NCBI GenBank assembly: GCA_963833125.1
Contig: CAWHWX010000004.1
Span: 128,001-192,000, forward strand
DNA: 64,000 bases
Origin: Candidatus Bathyarchaeota archaeon
GTDB taxonomy: Archaea > Thermoproteota > Bathyarchaeia > 40CM-2-53-6
Direction: 5' to 3'
Shown here one piece after another: positions 22,322 to 32,650 of this stretch. Both the position numbers and the translations under genes were made by a program. Each line of letters opens with the position of its first letter. The first letter of the stretch is position 1. Below the pieces are notes generated by a model, which worked only from the letters and a program-made list of their open reading frames with translations, made no database searches and was not told where the DNA came from.

Positions 22322-22847
22322 GTGCCTATGAACCTCCTTTTGCGTGTCACGCTGTTGAGCATGTACGTAGTGCTGTTGCTTCCCTACGCGCCTGCGCTGG
22401 GCGCAACAACCCTCCCACGTGCCTCCGACCCAGAACTCACATTGTCAGCTAATCCTTCAGCCGCAGTTATCAAAGTGGGAGATAATGCGACGATCAACCT
22501 AACCCTCACAAGTTTGAACATTTCGGGGTCGGCTTGTTTTGAGGAGCAGGGCTTTCCTAGTTCAGGGTTCACGCTTACCCTTCCTCCCGCAGTGCACACA
22601 GTTACGACCACCGACGACAATTACCCAGCTCATCGTTGTTGCTACGCCCGCTGCTGCGCCACAAAATTTCACGGCAACCATACTAGCAACGATTGGAAAT
22701 CTAACCGCTTCGACCCCATTGACTATAACGGTTATCCCAGCAATCCCCGCCTGGATTCCTTGGCTAGGAATCCTCCTATTCTTCCTGGTAATCGGATTGG
22801 CGTTGACGGTGAAGCCTCGGAAACTTAGGAAAGGGAAGGGTAAATGA
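22322..22847 (+). CDS. Secreted/membrane-anchored Ig-like protein (indel near 22590)
   Basis: Signal peptide, LSANPSAAVIKVGDNATINLTL beta-rich domain, C-terminal TM helix and basic tail. Confidence 0.7.
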
Positions 22848-22854
22848 AAAATGG

Positions 22855-23124
22855 GTGAATGAATATCCGAATGGGGCTAGAAACGGAATGTTCCCCCACC
22901 TCAAACTACAAACTGCCGCAGGAACCGTACTGACTGTTGTTGGATTAGTGGGAATGCTCATCTCATTTCAAGTACAGAAATCGGATATCGATCCCACAGC
23001 CCTAATGATTGCCTTTGTATCCATCTCCGTCTCAATAATTGGCATCTCATTGATAATCGAAAACCCAGCCTCACCAAAGAACAGCGCCACGGAAAGCAAC
23101 AATAAATTGAACGAGCACCGGTAA
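22855..23124 (+). CDS. Small two-TM membrane protein
   Basis: Two hydrophobic segments; directly follows 22847. Confidence 0.55.
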   Translation: MNEYPNGARNGMFPHLKLQTAAGTVLTVVGLVGMLISFQVQKSDIDPTALMIAFVSISVSIIGISLIIENPASPKNSATESNNKLNEHR

Positions 23125-23287
23125 GCCTACATCACTCCCTGTTCATTCTTAACCAGATCCAACTGGAGCATTTAGGCAGTTCAAGCAAAGGAAACAGCCT
23201 CTGTCTCAAAACGGGAAAACGAGAAGACATCACAACTGATGGCATACACTCTTCACCATCAATTAGAACTAGAGAAGGCAGCATGAA

Positions 23288-23602
23288 ATGAAATTTTGCG
23301 ATAAGTGCGGGGGCTACATGATGATGACTAAGGAAGGGTATGTTTGTTCAAAGTGCGGCAACCAAATGAAAACTGAGATAGTCGACGTCGTGAAAATTAA
23401 GGCAGCCGATAATCCAACTGAAATCCTAGACACCTCGAAACTGGAATACATGAAAGTAAATGAGCCATGCCCTCTCTGCGGCAACAACGAAGCGTTCCAC
23501 AGTTTAGGCTTCGTATCCGGCGAACACGCAGGCGTACGGCAGGAGAGAGCAATGGAACGATTCACATGCACCAAATGTGGTCATTCATGGAGCAAAGAGT
23601 AA
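23288..23602 (+). CDS. Transcription factor S (TFS/RpoM) paralogue with a non-canonical hairpin
   Basis: MKFCDKCG...CSKCG and CPLCGNNEA...FTCTKCGHSW zinc ribbons; no QTR..DE motif. Confidence 0.85.
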   Translation: MKFCDKCGGYMMMTKEGYVCSKCGNQMKTEIVDVVKIKAADNPTEILDTSKLEYMKVNEPCPLCGNNEAFHSLGFVSGEHAGVRQERAMERFTCTKCGHSWSKE

Positions 23603-24066
23603 AGCGGGGAAGAGTCCCCTGCTAAACTTTTCTTTCCCAGGACGATCGCAACTAGGTAGTCGAAAACGTCAGTTTCGAATGTTAATCAAATAGGCACCGC
23701 AAATTGAATTTTCGAATCTGGACCATGAATCGTGCAAAATCTCTTATAATACATGAACCAAGGGCGACTGGATACGATGGAGACGATTAAGCCCCGACGT
23801 GAAGGAGCGTGACGTTCTGGTTCTAAGGGAGGGTAAAGGGCAGTCGATCTGTACGTGTGACGGCAGCCTCCCTCAGACTGATGGCAAGAATATCGTTCCC
23901 ACCTGCGCCAGATGCGGCGGACGTATTCTCCAACTGCGCTAAGCAACTCTACGAGATTTTCCTGCTGTTATTCAGTCGCTTTGGCTTAGTCCGCTGGCCG
24001 CGAATCTTCAAGCAGTTTGGAAATTGTGATTTCTGGGGTATAGATCAATCGGCGGCATGATTCAGA

Positions 24067-24180
24067 TTAACGTCTCCAAGTTTGCGCCCCAAGAAATGAA
24101 GTGCAGTTGAGGCAGACCGTATCCCCATTGGAGCCTGCAAGGAATACGCATCCGCACTCTGAACAATTGACGTGGTGCAA
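24067..24180 (-). CDS. 37-aa zinc-finger microprotein
   Basis: Hand translation MHHVNCSECGCVFLAGSNGDTVCLNCTSFLGAQTWRR; TTATATA box about 45 nt upstream. Confidence 0.55.
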   Translation of the reverse strand: MHHVNCSECGCVFLAGSNGDTVCLNCTSFLGAQTWRR

Positions 24181-24300
24181 GGAATCGCCAGGGTTAGCTT
24201 ACGTAAGGTCGTTCACGGACGTATATAACTCACTTTACTCGCGATTGCCCGGTTCTTTGAAATAACTAAACAATCGGAGGTCTAGATTTGGTGAACCTAA

Positions 24301-24739
24301 TCAGTAGTGGTCCGGAACCGGACCATCGGGAGATTCTTCCGGATGATCATACAACTCGATAAAGTTCCCGTCAGGATCTTTGATGTAAGCAACGTGATGG
24401 CCGCTTGATGTAGTCCAAATGTCTTCAGTTGATGCAAGCTCCTTAGTGGACGGTTGGATCCCTAATTCCGAAAGTCGCTGCAAGGTCTCGGCGACATTAC
24501 CTACCCTGACGCCGATGTGATCGAGACCCTCACCTGGAAAGTAAGGGGTCGCGTCAGGGTGAGCTTTTGGCGTACCAATTCAATTCGAGCCTCTGCCCCG
24601 ATTGCCGATCCTTGAAAAGAACATACTTCGACTCCTTACCACTATAACCCGCTAACTCCACTAGATCGAAGAGCTTCATGTAGAAACGTTTGGAACGTTC
24701 AAAGTCAGTTACTCGAATTCCAAAATAACTTATCCACAT
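24301..24739 (-). CDS. VOC/glyoxalase family protein (indel near 24560)
   Basis: GIRVTDFERSKRFY, RLELNWY, GEGLDHIGV, YIKDPDGNFIEL. Confidence 0.88.
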
Positions 24740-24822
24740 GAGATCGCAGCACGACTGAGCGCGGTAATAAGGAAACTGATAACTCTCGTCCTCACTTTAC
24801 CACGTAATGAAAGCTGTTCCGT

Positions 24823-25318
24823 TTATTGTGACGTTATCATTTCTGACGCAGACTTCTTGCGTGCGAAATCTCTTTCGAGTGCTACCACGTATTTGTCCCA
24901 GACTTCGTGGGTGGTTTTCACGTCTTGTGCTTTGGTGGGCGCCCTGCTTATCTTGTAATGCTCCTTGAACTTCATATCAAGTCTAGTCTTTCGCGGTCCG
25001 AGTGAGGTAAGGGCATAATCCCCTACTTCATCGTCCTCATCACCGGTAAAGTCGAGGTGCCACGCCTTGGGAGGGTAGAGCGTAACGACATCCACTGCGC
25101 TTCTTGGCGTACCTCGACTTTTATAGTTCACAACGTAAACCACCCGATGCTTGTTCTTTAGCAGTATCTTGCGTTTTGACTTTGAACCAGTTAGCTTTGG
25201 ATCCGCTGTCCCTATAATCCGTACACCAATCATAGACAAATCGAAGAGGGGCTTTGATTGTCTTTGAAACATGCAGGGCGTGACTCTCCGTATACGTTCT
25301 CTTTGCCAAATTGAACAC
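24823..25318 (-). CDS. Hypothetical protein, SRPBCC/START-like (indel near 25205)
   Basis: HVSKTIKAPLRFVYDWCTDY followed by beta-rich core and a terminal helix (WDKYVVALERDF). Confidence 0.6.
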
Positions 25319-25459
25319 GTTCGATCAGTGTTGACGCCTGGATGCTTAAGTTTCTTTCGTATGAGTCATTTTGATACCTGGTGGAATGCACGTTAGATTA
25401 GTGGACTTTTACCACTCAGAATTAAGAATCCCGCATAAACCTTCAGAGAGCGAGTTCCT

Positions 25460-26221
25460 TTGACAACACGTAGCGTTGGTATTGTGTTTCTAACTTTGCT
25501 CGTTGGGATCGCTGTTGGCGTTATTGCGAATACTATCCCTGTTGCAGCCAATCCGTGCACTGTTCAAACTGGATCATTGATCACGGGATCATACTATAGC
25601 AACCCGAATATCGCGGTAATAGTACCAATCTCTGCGCAATGTTCGTTCACCGGCGGTCAATTGACCGTAGTAGGGAACGCCTATGAGGCAACTACGGGTT
25701 CGAACCTAGGTTCATCGAACACAATTCTACTATCGGCAGACGGTAGTAGTATCTACAAGGGTCAACTTGTCTTCACCCTCTCAACAAGTGAAGAATGGCA
25801 CACAGTACGAATTTCGATCTCCATCTATAATGAACAGACCGGATCATCGATCTTAAGCACGACTGAAACAGCTGGGGTTGATCCGAATACTAAGTACGTC
25901 AATTTCGCTAGCTGTTACACCGGTATTGCTTGTGACACGATTTACGATTATTGCCAATCACCAAACGGCAATAGCACGATGCAATGTGTCGGTTACTTGT
26001 ACCGGAACCCGAACGGATGCTTAGAACTTGTCATTCCAGTATACAGCCCTTACGGGTTCTTGTCCTACCAGTATTACACCCTACAGAACCTACCATCGTC
26101 CACACCCCCAATCGGGACATGGGCGATCACGACTGGACAAATGCACATAGGCTACAATTCCGCCCCGAACGGAGCCGCCTGCCCAGGCAACTACATCACG
26201 GTAAACTCATTATCTCCATAG
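25460..26221 (+). CDS. Secreted Cys-containing protein (paralogue of 39222-40004)
   Basis: Signal peptide; shares CxFxGGQL, YxGQL, QCxGYLYxNPNxCxELV, QYYTLQxLP, GAACPGNY with 39222. Confidence 0.85.
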   Translation: MTTRSVGIVFLTLLVGIAVGVIANTIPVAANPCTVQTGSLITGSYYSNPNIAVIVPISAQCSFTGGQLTVVGNAYEATTGSNLGSSNTILLSADGSSIYKGQLVFTLSTSEEWHTVRISISIYNEQTGSSILSTTETAGVDPNTKYVNFASCYTGIACDTIYDYCQSPNGNSTMQCVGYLYRNPNGCLELVIPVYSPYGFLSYQYYTLQNLPSSTPPIGTWAITTGQMHIGYNSAPNGAACPGNYITVNSLSP

Positions 26222-26315
26222 AAGCACGAGACAGACATCCACCTTGTTACGTCACAAATGAACCACTACGGGCTTTACGCCCCATGCTTAAGGCAATCCG
26301 TTCATCCTTAGTCCG

Positions 26316-27662
26316 CTAGTTCTTTCCCAAGGAACACAATGGATCCCAAAAAGACAAAACTACGGGCTCGGCATCGAGGATCTTCAGCAATTCTTGGGAC
26401 AGGTACTCTTTCCTGACAACAACTTCATAGAGATATTGATCAAACCACTCATCCATCATATACATGAATCCTTGATCCCCAATGGCGGCTCCCCAACTGT
26501 TTTCAACTCGCCACTTTCTCGGTTTGCCTTGCTCATCGAGGTCAACCCCAGTAAGCACCATGGCGTGGGTCATTTCACTATCTTCATAATCCAATCTGGC
26601 AGCTTTATCGAGTAGGAATTGCGTGCCGTAGACTGATTCGTAGTCGTATATGCTCAGATCCATTGCCCCCATGTCCGTCTGAAGCATCTTGGTCACGTCG
26701 CAACCGAACCATACCGCACGATTTCCTTTGATCATGTCTATGGTTGCCTTCTTCATGGTCTCCAAGTCGACGTTTAGATAGCGGGTATCTTGTCCGCCGA
26801 CCACATTACCGACATATTGGACAGTGTACATTTTGTTGAACGGTTTGTTGGGAGCATTGATCAGGGTCACGAAATCATCAAGCGCTATCCCGATGTACTC
26901 GTTGTAAAACTGAACTGGTGTGATGTTCCCCCTTCTGTGGAACAAGCCGTCTTTGTCACGCCACTCCCAGTCAAACGTCTCTTGAGGAACACCCAGGTTG
27001 ATGCACAGCATCTTGTAGAATTCATCCATGAACTCACCCTTCTTCTCCCTTAGCTCCGACTCGGAGGCTCCACTCTCATTCATTTCACGCAGTACCTTAG
27101 CGTATTCTCTTAGTTTCGAGGCGAGTAGAGCGTTCATGGGGTCGGAATTATTGCTGTTGGCCGTTTCTGGCATGAACGTCTTTGGTATGACGCCGTATTT
27201 CCTTATGAGATTCACAAACATATTCCACTCGCCACCGTCTGACGTTGGATCGGAAAGAAGCGAATTGACCAACCTGCCGTCCAGGGGCTCTTCCTTTGTT
27301 TCAATAATGGTTTCTAAGAAGTAGTTGGCTTTCTCTAGTTTGTCCCAAAACATTTGGTATATTTCAGAGAGCTCAAATGTCTTCAGGTTCAACTTTTTCA
27401 TGGCTTCAAGAGAGAGCACGCTCAGCCCCGAGAAAAGCCAGCATCTCCCCGATCTTTCTTGGTTGGCCGCATCTGGGGATTCGATAAGATTACTGAAGGT
27501 GAAGTTTTGCCTATCTACCTCCTTTCTACTCAAAGCTACTGCGGCTATTCCATTCTCTGTAACGGCGTTCAAGGCAAGTGTGTTTCTTGGGTTCCTGTCG
27601 AATGCTCGCGAGAAGCGTCTTATGTCATCAAAACTCAACCCTTTTTCCAAGAGCGTTTCCAA
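26316..27662 (-). CDS. pepC: Aminopeptidase C / bleomycin hydrolase (C1B)
   Basis: NQERSGRCWLF, FWDKLEKANYFL, DGGEW, THAMVLTGV, VENSWG. Confidence 0.95.
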   Translation of the reverse strand: METLLEKGLSFDDIRRFSRAFDRNPRNTLALNAVTENGIAAVALSRKEVDRQNFTFSNLIESPDAANQERSGRCWLFSGLSVLSLEAMKKLNLKTFELSEIYQMFWDKLEKANYFLETIIETKEEPLDGRLVNSLLSDPTSDGGEWNMFVNLIRKYGVIPKTFMPETANSNNSDPMNALLASKLREYAKVLREMNESGASESELREKKGEFMDEFYKMLCINLGVPQETFDWEWRDKDGLFHRRGNITPVQFYNEYIGIALDDFVTLINAPNKPFNKMYTVQYVGNVVGGQDTRYLNVDLETMKKATIDMIKGNRAVWFGCDVTKMLQTDMGAMDLSIYDYESVYGTQFLLDKAARLDYEDSEMTHAMVLTGVDLDEQGKPRKWRVENSWGAAIGDQGFMYMMDEWFDQYLYEVVVRKEYLSQELLKILDAEPVVLSFWDPLCSLGKN

Positions 27663-27748
27663 CAGGGATGTGTATTTTCATGCATAGCTAAAACGTGTTG
27701 TGCCTCTGTTCCTGCTAGGGGTGCTAAGAAGAGAAGAGTTGTTTACTG

Positions 27749-28198
27749 TTACCATTCTTCGCTTATTGCGACGATACGCACGGGTTTTACTTTGATCAGA
27801 TACCGTTCAATGGCCAAAAGCTTTGACACAAGCTCAGCATTTCCTGATTCTTTCCCTAGATACCGGCGGTAGATGCTGATTGTTCTTGATTTGGATGGAT
27901 TAGTTTCCAGATCATGATCTTTGACTAGTTCTGCTTCTCCTTTGACCATGACCTGTTTTACATTGAATTTGCTGATGGGCTCCTTGTAGGTATCAATTAT
28001 CAAGCTGACCAGTTTATCTCGCCTAACGTGTTCGACTTTCACTGTCTTTGCCTGAGCTGGAATCCAGAAATCTTCTCCATCAAATTCAAACCAGACCGGC
28101 ACGACATGAGGCCAGCCCGCATCGCTAGTAGCCAGCCGCGCGAGCAGCGACTTATCCAGATATTGACGAATTTCATCGGACTTCATTTTGCGGCGCAT
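27749..28198 (-). CDS. Pyridoxamine 5'-phosphate oxidase family protein
   Basis: LARLATSDAGWPHVVPVWF...KVEHVRRDKLVSLIID...VMVKGEAEL. Confidence 0.85.
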   Translation of the reverse strand: MRRKMKSDEIRQYLDKSLLARLATSDAGWPHVVPVWFEFDGEDFWIPAQAKTVKVEHVRRDKLVSLIIDTYKEPISKFNVKQVMVKGEAELVKDHDLETNPSKSRTISIYRRYLGKESGNAELVSKLLAIERYLIKVKPVRIVAISEEW

Positions 28199-28331
28199 GA
28201 GAAGGGATGATGTCTCCGGTCACTTATGATTCTAGCTTCCTCGTTTACTTTTCTTTATGTAATAACTCGGATCCGCAGATCGTGAAGCTGCCCGACAGTT
28301 ATTTCCTCATGGTGGCAACGAAAGAGGAAGG

Positions 28332-28627
28332 TTATGTTTGGTTTGACGGTGTGTCTACAAGGTGAATCGTAAGTGGCTTCTGGATAGGGGATACTTGATC
28401 TGTATGAGCCTTGCGGCGGATGTTGCGACGCATTACATACCCGCGGAGGTTTAGGTACTCCATATAGTCATCCAGGACCTCTGATGCATCGCCGTTTCCT
28501 CTTTCATGAACGTATTCGACTACGAAACTTTTCAATTCTATCTCATTCCTTTACTATCTTGATAGATAACCATACATACAGATAACGATTCATCCATGAA
28601 CCGTGTCAATTTAGCCACTTCACGCAT
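28332..28627 (-). CDS. Hypothetical protein (probable indel near 28548)
   Basis: MREVAKLTRFMDESLSVCMVIYQDSKG joined to ELKSFVVEYVHERG...; protein-like composition only. Confidence 0.3.
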
Positions 28628-28787
28628 GAGCAAAGATCCCCTTAATCTATTTGCGCCAGGCTTCTAGGCCTAATTCAAATCGACAGGACGTCATACGCCC
28701 AAGTTTTGAACTTAATTACAGATTTCGACTGTGAATGCTACTTATCCCATGCAAAGTCAGAATGATGTGTATAACGTATGATATCTT

Positions 28788-28840
28788 GGGAAAAAGAAGA
28801 GACGGCTCTCTTAGGAAGGCGCGAAAGTACGCCTAGAGAG
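28788..28840 (-). terminator. Hairpin plus T-tract after the YQP-repeat peptide gene
   Basis: Imperfect CTCTCTAGGCG...CGCC...TAAGAGAG stem followed by TCTCTTCTTTTTCCC on the minus strand. Confidence 0.5.
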
Positions 28841-28843
28841 GTG

Positions 28844-29041
28844 TCACTGGACCCTGTACGCTTGCGGTTGATAGGAGTAGTACTGGGCAGGTGGCTGATA
28901 TGAGTAATACTGCGTAGCTGGCTGATAGTAGGACTGCATGGGTGCTTGATAGTAGCACATCTCAGTGGGTGGTTGATAGTACTGGGCAGGAGGTTGATAG
29001 TAGTAGTATTGGGCTGCTGGCTGATAAAATGACATTGACAT
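28844..29041 (-). CDS. 65-aa Tyr/Gln/Pro tandem-repeat peptide
   Basis: MSMSFYQPAAQYYYYQPPAQYYQPPTEMCYYQAPMQSYYQPATQYYSYQPPAQYYSYQPQAYRVQ; GGAGG RBS; the repeat is better conserved in protein than in DNA. Confidence 0.75.
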   Translation of the reverse strand: MSMSFYQPAAQYYYYQPPAQYYQPPTEMCYYQAPMQSYYQPATQYYSYQPPAQYYSYQPQAYRVQ

Positions 29042-29058
29042 TCTTGTTTTCGCCTCCT

Positions 29059-29379
29059 TCAATTTTCGTTAAGCGCTTGCGGCTTCGTGTTGGTTTCTTC
29101 ATGCTTGCCGTGCGAGAATATGCTCCGTAGTTTTGACGTAATTCTCTGCGAAACCGAACCACTTTGAAAACGTGTCTTCTCGTACTCCGTGACCTCGCCC
29201 GTCCCGGATACGGTGACGTTGGCGTATTGGGTTCCGTTCGTTTCTTTTGTCTGTGTTTCCATTACCCAGATGTCTTGCCGTTGTGCAGATTTGATTTCCG
29301 TTTGTGCGCCTAATTCCTTTGTTTTTACATATTCGAGAGCGATTCGCTTTGCTTCAGTTTCATCGATCATTTTTTCCAT
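29059..29379 (-). CDS. PepSY-like small protein with an amphipathic basic tail
   Basis: IDETEAKRIALEYV...WVMET...VTVSGTGEV matches the PepSY pattern; no signal peptide. Confidence 0.7.
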   Translation of the reverse strand: MEKMIDETEAKRIALEYVKTKELGAQTEIKSAQRQDIWVMETQTKETNGTQYANVTVSGTGEVTEYEKTRFQSGSVSQRITSKLRSIFSHGKHEETNTKPQALNEN

Positions 29380-29400
29380 GACTGTTTCCCCGTACCTAAC

Positions 29401-29520
29401 TTAGATGTTACGTATACGCTCCGTCAGTTTCTCGAATTTACTCTGCTTCTTAGTAGAGAAATGCGTTTTCAGTTTTTCAAATCTACTCTTTTCTGTACCG
29501 AAATACTTGCTTAGTTTCAT
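29401..29520 (-). CDS. 39-aa basic amphipathic microprotein
   Basis: Hand translation MKLSKYFGTEKSRFEKLKTHFSTKKQSKFEKLTERIRNI with an internal repeat S[RK]FEKL; TTTATAT box about 35 nt upstream. Confidence 0.65.
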   Translation of the reverse strand: MKLSKYFGTEKSRFEKLKTHFSTKKQSKFEKLTERIRNI

Positions 29521-29725
29521 ATCGATCTACAATAGATCATAGTCGTTTTGCGGATATAAAGCTATGTATATATATTGTTAAATGTACACGACGCCAGTTA
29601 CGCCGGAATAGGGCAAACGCAGTGTGCTAAAATCTAGAGTTATCGAGTGTTGACGGTGCGACCGCCTTTCGAAGATTAGAGTGTCGACTCTGAAAACAGA
29701 GGCGAGAAACACAAAGGGAGGGAAC

Positions 29726-29893
29726 TCAGATCGCTTTCATGATCTCTTTGATATGCTGTTTAGCGCTGTCCTTGATTTCCTGGAATTCCTGGTTCTTGCC
29801 AAATTCTCCAAGACTTCGTTCAACCATCTCGAAGAGTTTGTCGATATCTTGCAGAAGCCCTGTGAGTTCTCCACGAATCTTTCCTGTGTCCAA
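29726..29893 (-). CDS. 55-aa helical microprotein
   Basis: Hand translation MDTGKIRGELTGLLQDIDKLFEMVERSLGEFGKNQEFQEIKDSAKQHIKEIMKAI; amphipathic periodicity; pyrimidine tract downstream. Confidence 0.6.
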   Translation of the reverse strand: MDTGKIRGELTGLLQDIDKLFEMVERSLGEFGKNQEFQEIKDSAKQHIKEIMKAI

Positions 29894-30035
29894 TTTTGAT
29901 CTGGATTGAGGGTCGGTTTACGCTTAATAAGCGTTCGCGAAAGATGCGAAGGAAGGGCGTTAGGTTTTGCAAGGAGCAAGCGATGCTGATGTGCGTTGGG
30001 CTTAAGATTAGACGGTTGAATTTAGGGGAATTGTC

Positions 30036-31821
30036 ATGACCTACAAGCCTAGAGACTACGGGATTGAGCACTCATTACTGGAGTGGGTAGCTGCTGTTGC
30101 GAAGATAACTAGACCAGACAACATAGCGTGGTGTGATGGATCTGATGAAGAATTTCAATCTCTCATCAAACTGATGATCGTAGACGGGACACTGATCGAG
30201 CTTAACCAAGAAAAATATCCAAACTGCTATCTGCACAGGAGCAACCCGAACGATGTCGCCAGAACCGAAGAAGCGACCTTCATCTGCACAATGAACAGAG
30301 ATGATGTGGGTCCCACGAATAATTGGATGCCTTCTGATGAAGGTGAAGCAAAGTTACTGAGGCTTTTTGATAATTGCATGATAGGACGAACGATGTATGT
30401 TATCCCATACCTGCTTGGACCTGCAGGTTCGACTTATTCTCAGGTCGGAATTGAGCTGACTGATAGTCGCTATGTCGCTGTGAATATGGAAATCATGACG
30501 AAAGTCGGCAAGGTTGCGCTAGAGCACATGAAGGACGGCGAATTTGTGAAGGGCATCCATTCAACCGGCCAGTTGGACCCCAATAGAAGGTACATTTGCC
30601 ATTTCCCAGATAAGAAGCTCATAATGAGTTTGAACTCGAATTATGGAGGAAACGCCCTTCTCAGCAAGAAATGCCATGCCCTTAGGCTCGCGAGCGTATT
30701 GGCGAGAGATGGAGGATGGCTGGCCGAGCACATGCTGATTATAGGGGTAGAAGACCAAGAGGGCACTGTAACTTATGTGACCGGGGCGTTCCCCAGCGCC
30801 AGCGGTAAAACTAACCTTGCCATGCTCAGGCCGCCAGAATACATGAAGGACTGGAAAGTCTGGGCGGTCAGCGACGACATAGCTTGGATTCATCTAGACT
30901 CCCAAGGCAGATTCAGAGCAATCAACCCCGAGAGTGGATTGTTCGCGGTGGCTCCCAATACTAACATCAAGACCAACCCCGAAATAATGGAAACTGTCAG
31001 AAAGAACACTATATTCACGAATGTCGCCTTGGCAATGGATAGAACTCCTTGGTGGGAAGGCATGGGCGACCATCCCAGAAAACTTTGGGACTGGCAAGGA
31101 AAAGTTTGGACAGCCGGCAAGGGACCCGCTGCCCACCCAAATTCAAGGTTCACAACTTCAATCAATCAATACCGATTCCTATCCCCCGAGTACACTAATC
31201 CGAATGGTGTTCCAATCTCGGCCATAATTTTCGGAGGAAGAAGATCTGACCTTGTTCCGTTAGTTTACGAATCATTCAGCTGGGAACACGGCGTTTTGAT
31301 GGGCGCAATGCTTAGAGTGGAAACTACGGCCGCCGGCTGCAGGGGAGGTTGGAGTTCTAAGATACGATCCCATGGCGATGAAACCATTCTGCGGATATCA
31401 CATTGCCGATTACTTCAGACACTGGCTCTCATTCCGATCAAGAAGCGAAAACCTCCCGAGAATATTCCAGATAAATGCATTCAGAATGGGAAAAGATGGA
31501 AGATTCCTCTGGCCCGGTTACGGTCACAACCTCGTCGTTCTCAAATGGATTATTGACAGATGTAAAGGCAGGGCTGATGCAATAGAAACCCCCATAGGCT
31601 ACGTTCCGACGCCTGAGTCACTCAACTTGACCGGGGTGAATCTACCGGGATGCACAATCGAAGATTTGCTTCGAGTCGATAAAACAGCGTGGATGGACGA
31701 AATCGAATCCTCTTGGTTATTCTTCAAAACCCTCGGAGAACAATTTCCTGAAACATTGTACCAGGAGCTTTCGAAACTGAGAGATAGACTACAAAATCCG
31801 AGCTCCTCACCACACCAATAA
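30036..31821 (+). CDS. pckG: GTP-dependent phosphoenolpyruvate carboxykinase (indel near 31335)
   Basis: DVARTE, YGGNALLSKKCHALR, WLAEHM, AFPSASGKTNLAM, DDIAW, HPNSRF, FGGRR, PMAMKPFCGY, FLWPGYG. Confidence 0.96.
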
Positions 31822-31834
31822 GGGATTGATTCTG

Positions 31835-32536
31835 TTACGTCCGCCCATCGGATTTTCGCGTGCGTGGTACCTCGCTGGTCGCTTCTTCCAGTATTGTGTA
31901 GGCTCGTAGGCCATCAGACTCCTCGAGTATCAAAATAATATCTTCGTATCCTAGGAATGCGTCTATGATGTTTATTCCGTTGCGGTAGAGCAAGTCGGTT
32001 ATGTACGCTGCGATTCCAGGTGACCTCTCAGCTTCCTCGGATAGGTGTATTGTAATTTTCGCAGCATTCAGTTGAGGTTTTAGTGGGTATCGACTTTTCA
32101 GTGCTGTCTTCAGTTTTCCATAATCATTTTCGTCGGCTATGATCTTAATGGAGTTTACAAGCGGAAAGATGTGAGGGCGTTCGTGCAGCTCAGTGGATAG
32201 TTCTACTAACCTCTTCAATTCGGTAATGAAAGCTTCTCTCCTAGGGGTAATAGTCACGTCAACCACTCCGCTACTCAACGTCATCTTCGAATTTTTGAGC
32301 ACTGACATCGTAGGTGGTAGACCAAGCTTCGACTGTGAATCGGAAAACCTCTTGATAACCACAACCATAGTCCCAACACTCACGTCCCTACCAGTAATCC
32401 GATCCACTGTCGGCTTGATTCTTTCAGCTAGTGCATGGTAGTTGATCAACCCCATGCGGAGGTGTTCGTAAACCGGATGGTTTCGACTTATGAGGTCAAT
32501 TACCGTTTCGGATATTGTGGGTTTGTTGGGTTTCAT
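31835..32536 (-). CDS. Archaeal HTH plus ACT-domain protein (putative amino-acid-binding regulator)
   Basis: HLRMGLINYHALAERI N-domain; ERSPGIAAYITDLLYRNGINII ACT-like C-domain. Confidence 0.8.
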   Translation of the reverse strand: MKPNKPTISETVIDLISRNHPVYEHLRMGLINYHALAERIKPTVDRITGRDVSVGTMVVVIKRFSDSQSKLGLPPTMSVLKNSKMTLSSGVVDVTITPRREAFITELKRLVELSTELHERPHIFPLVNSIKIIADENDYGKLKTALKSRYPLKPQLNAAKITIHLSEEAERSPGIAAYITDLLYRNGINIIDAFLGYEDIILILEESDGLRAYTILEEATSEVPRTRKSDGRT

Positions 32537-32650
32537 GGCTGTAGCGTGAATTACGTGAATGTTACAAATATATCTTTGGGTAACAAGTGTTATAAGCGTG
32601 ATACGTGTATAACTGCTACTAACAATACTTGGAGTTAGTAGGTGAATACA

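Noticed and set aside
28844-29041. Periodic DNA repeats as a CRISPR array
   Set aside because: Units are 21-30 bp, in-frame, degenerate at third positions and lack unique spacers; no cas genes nearby
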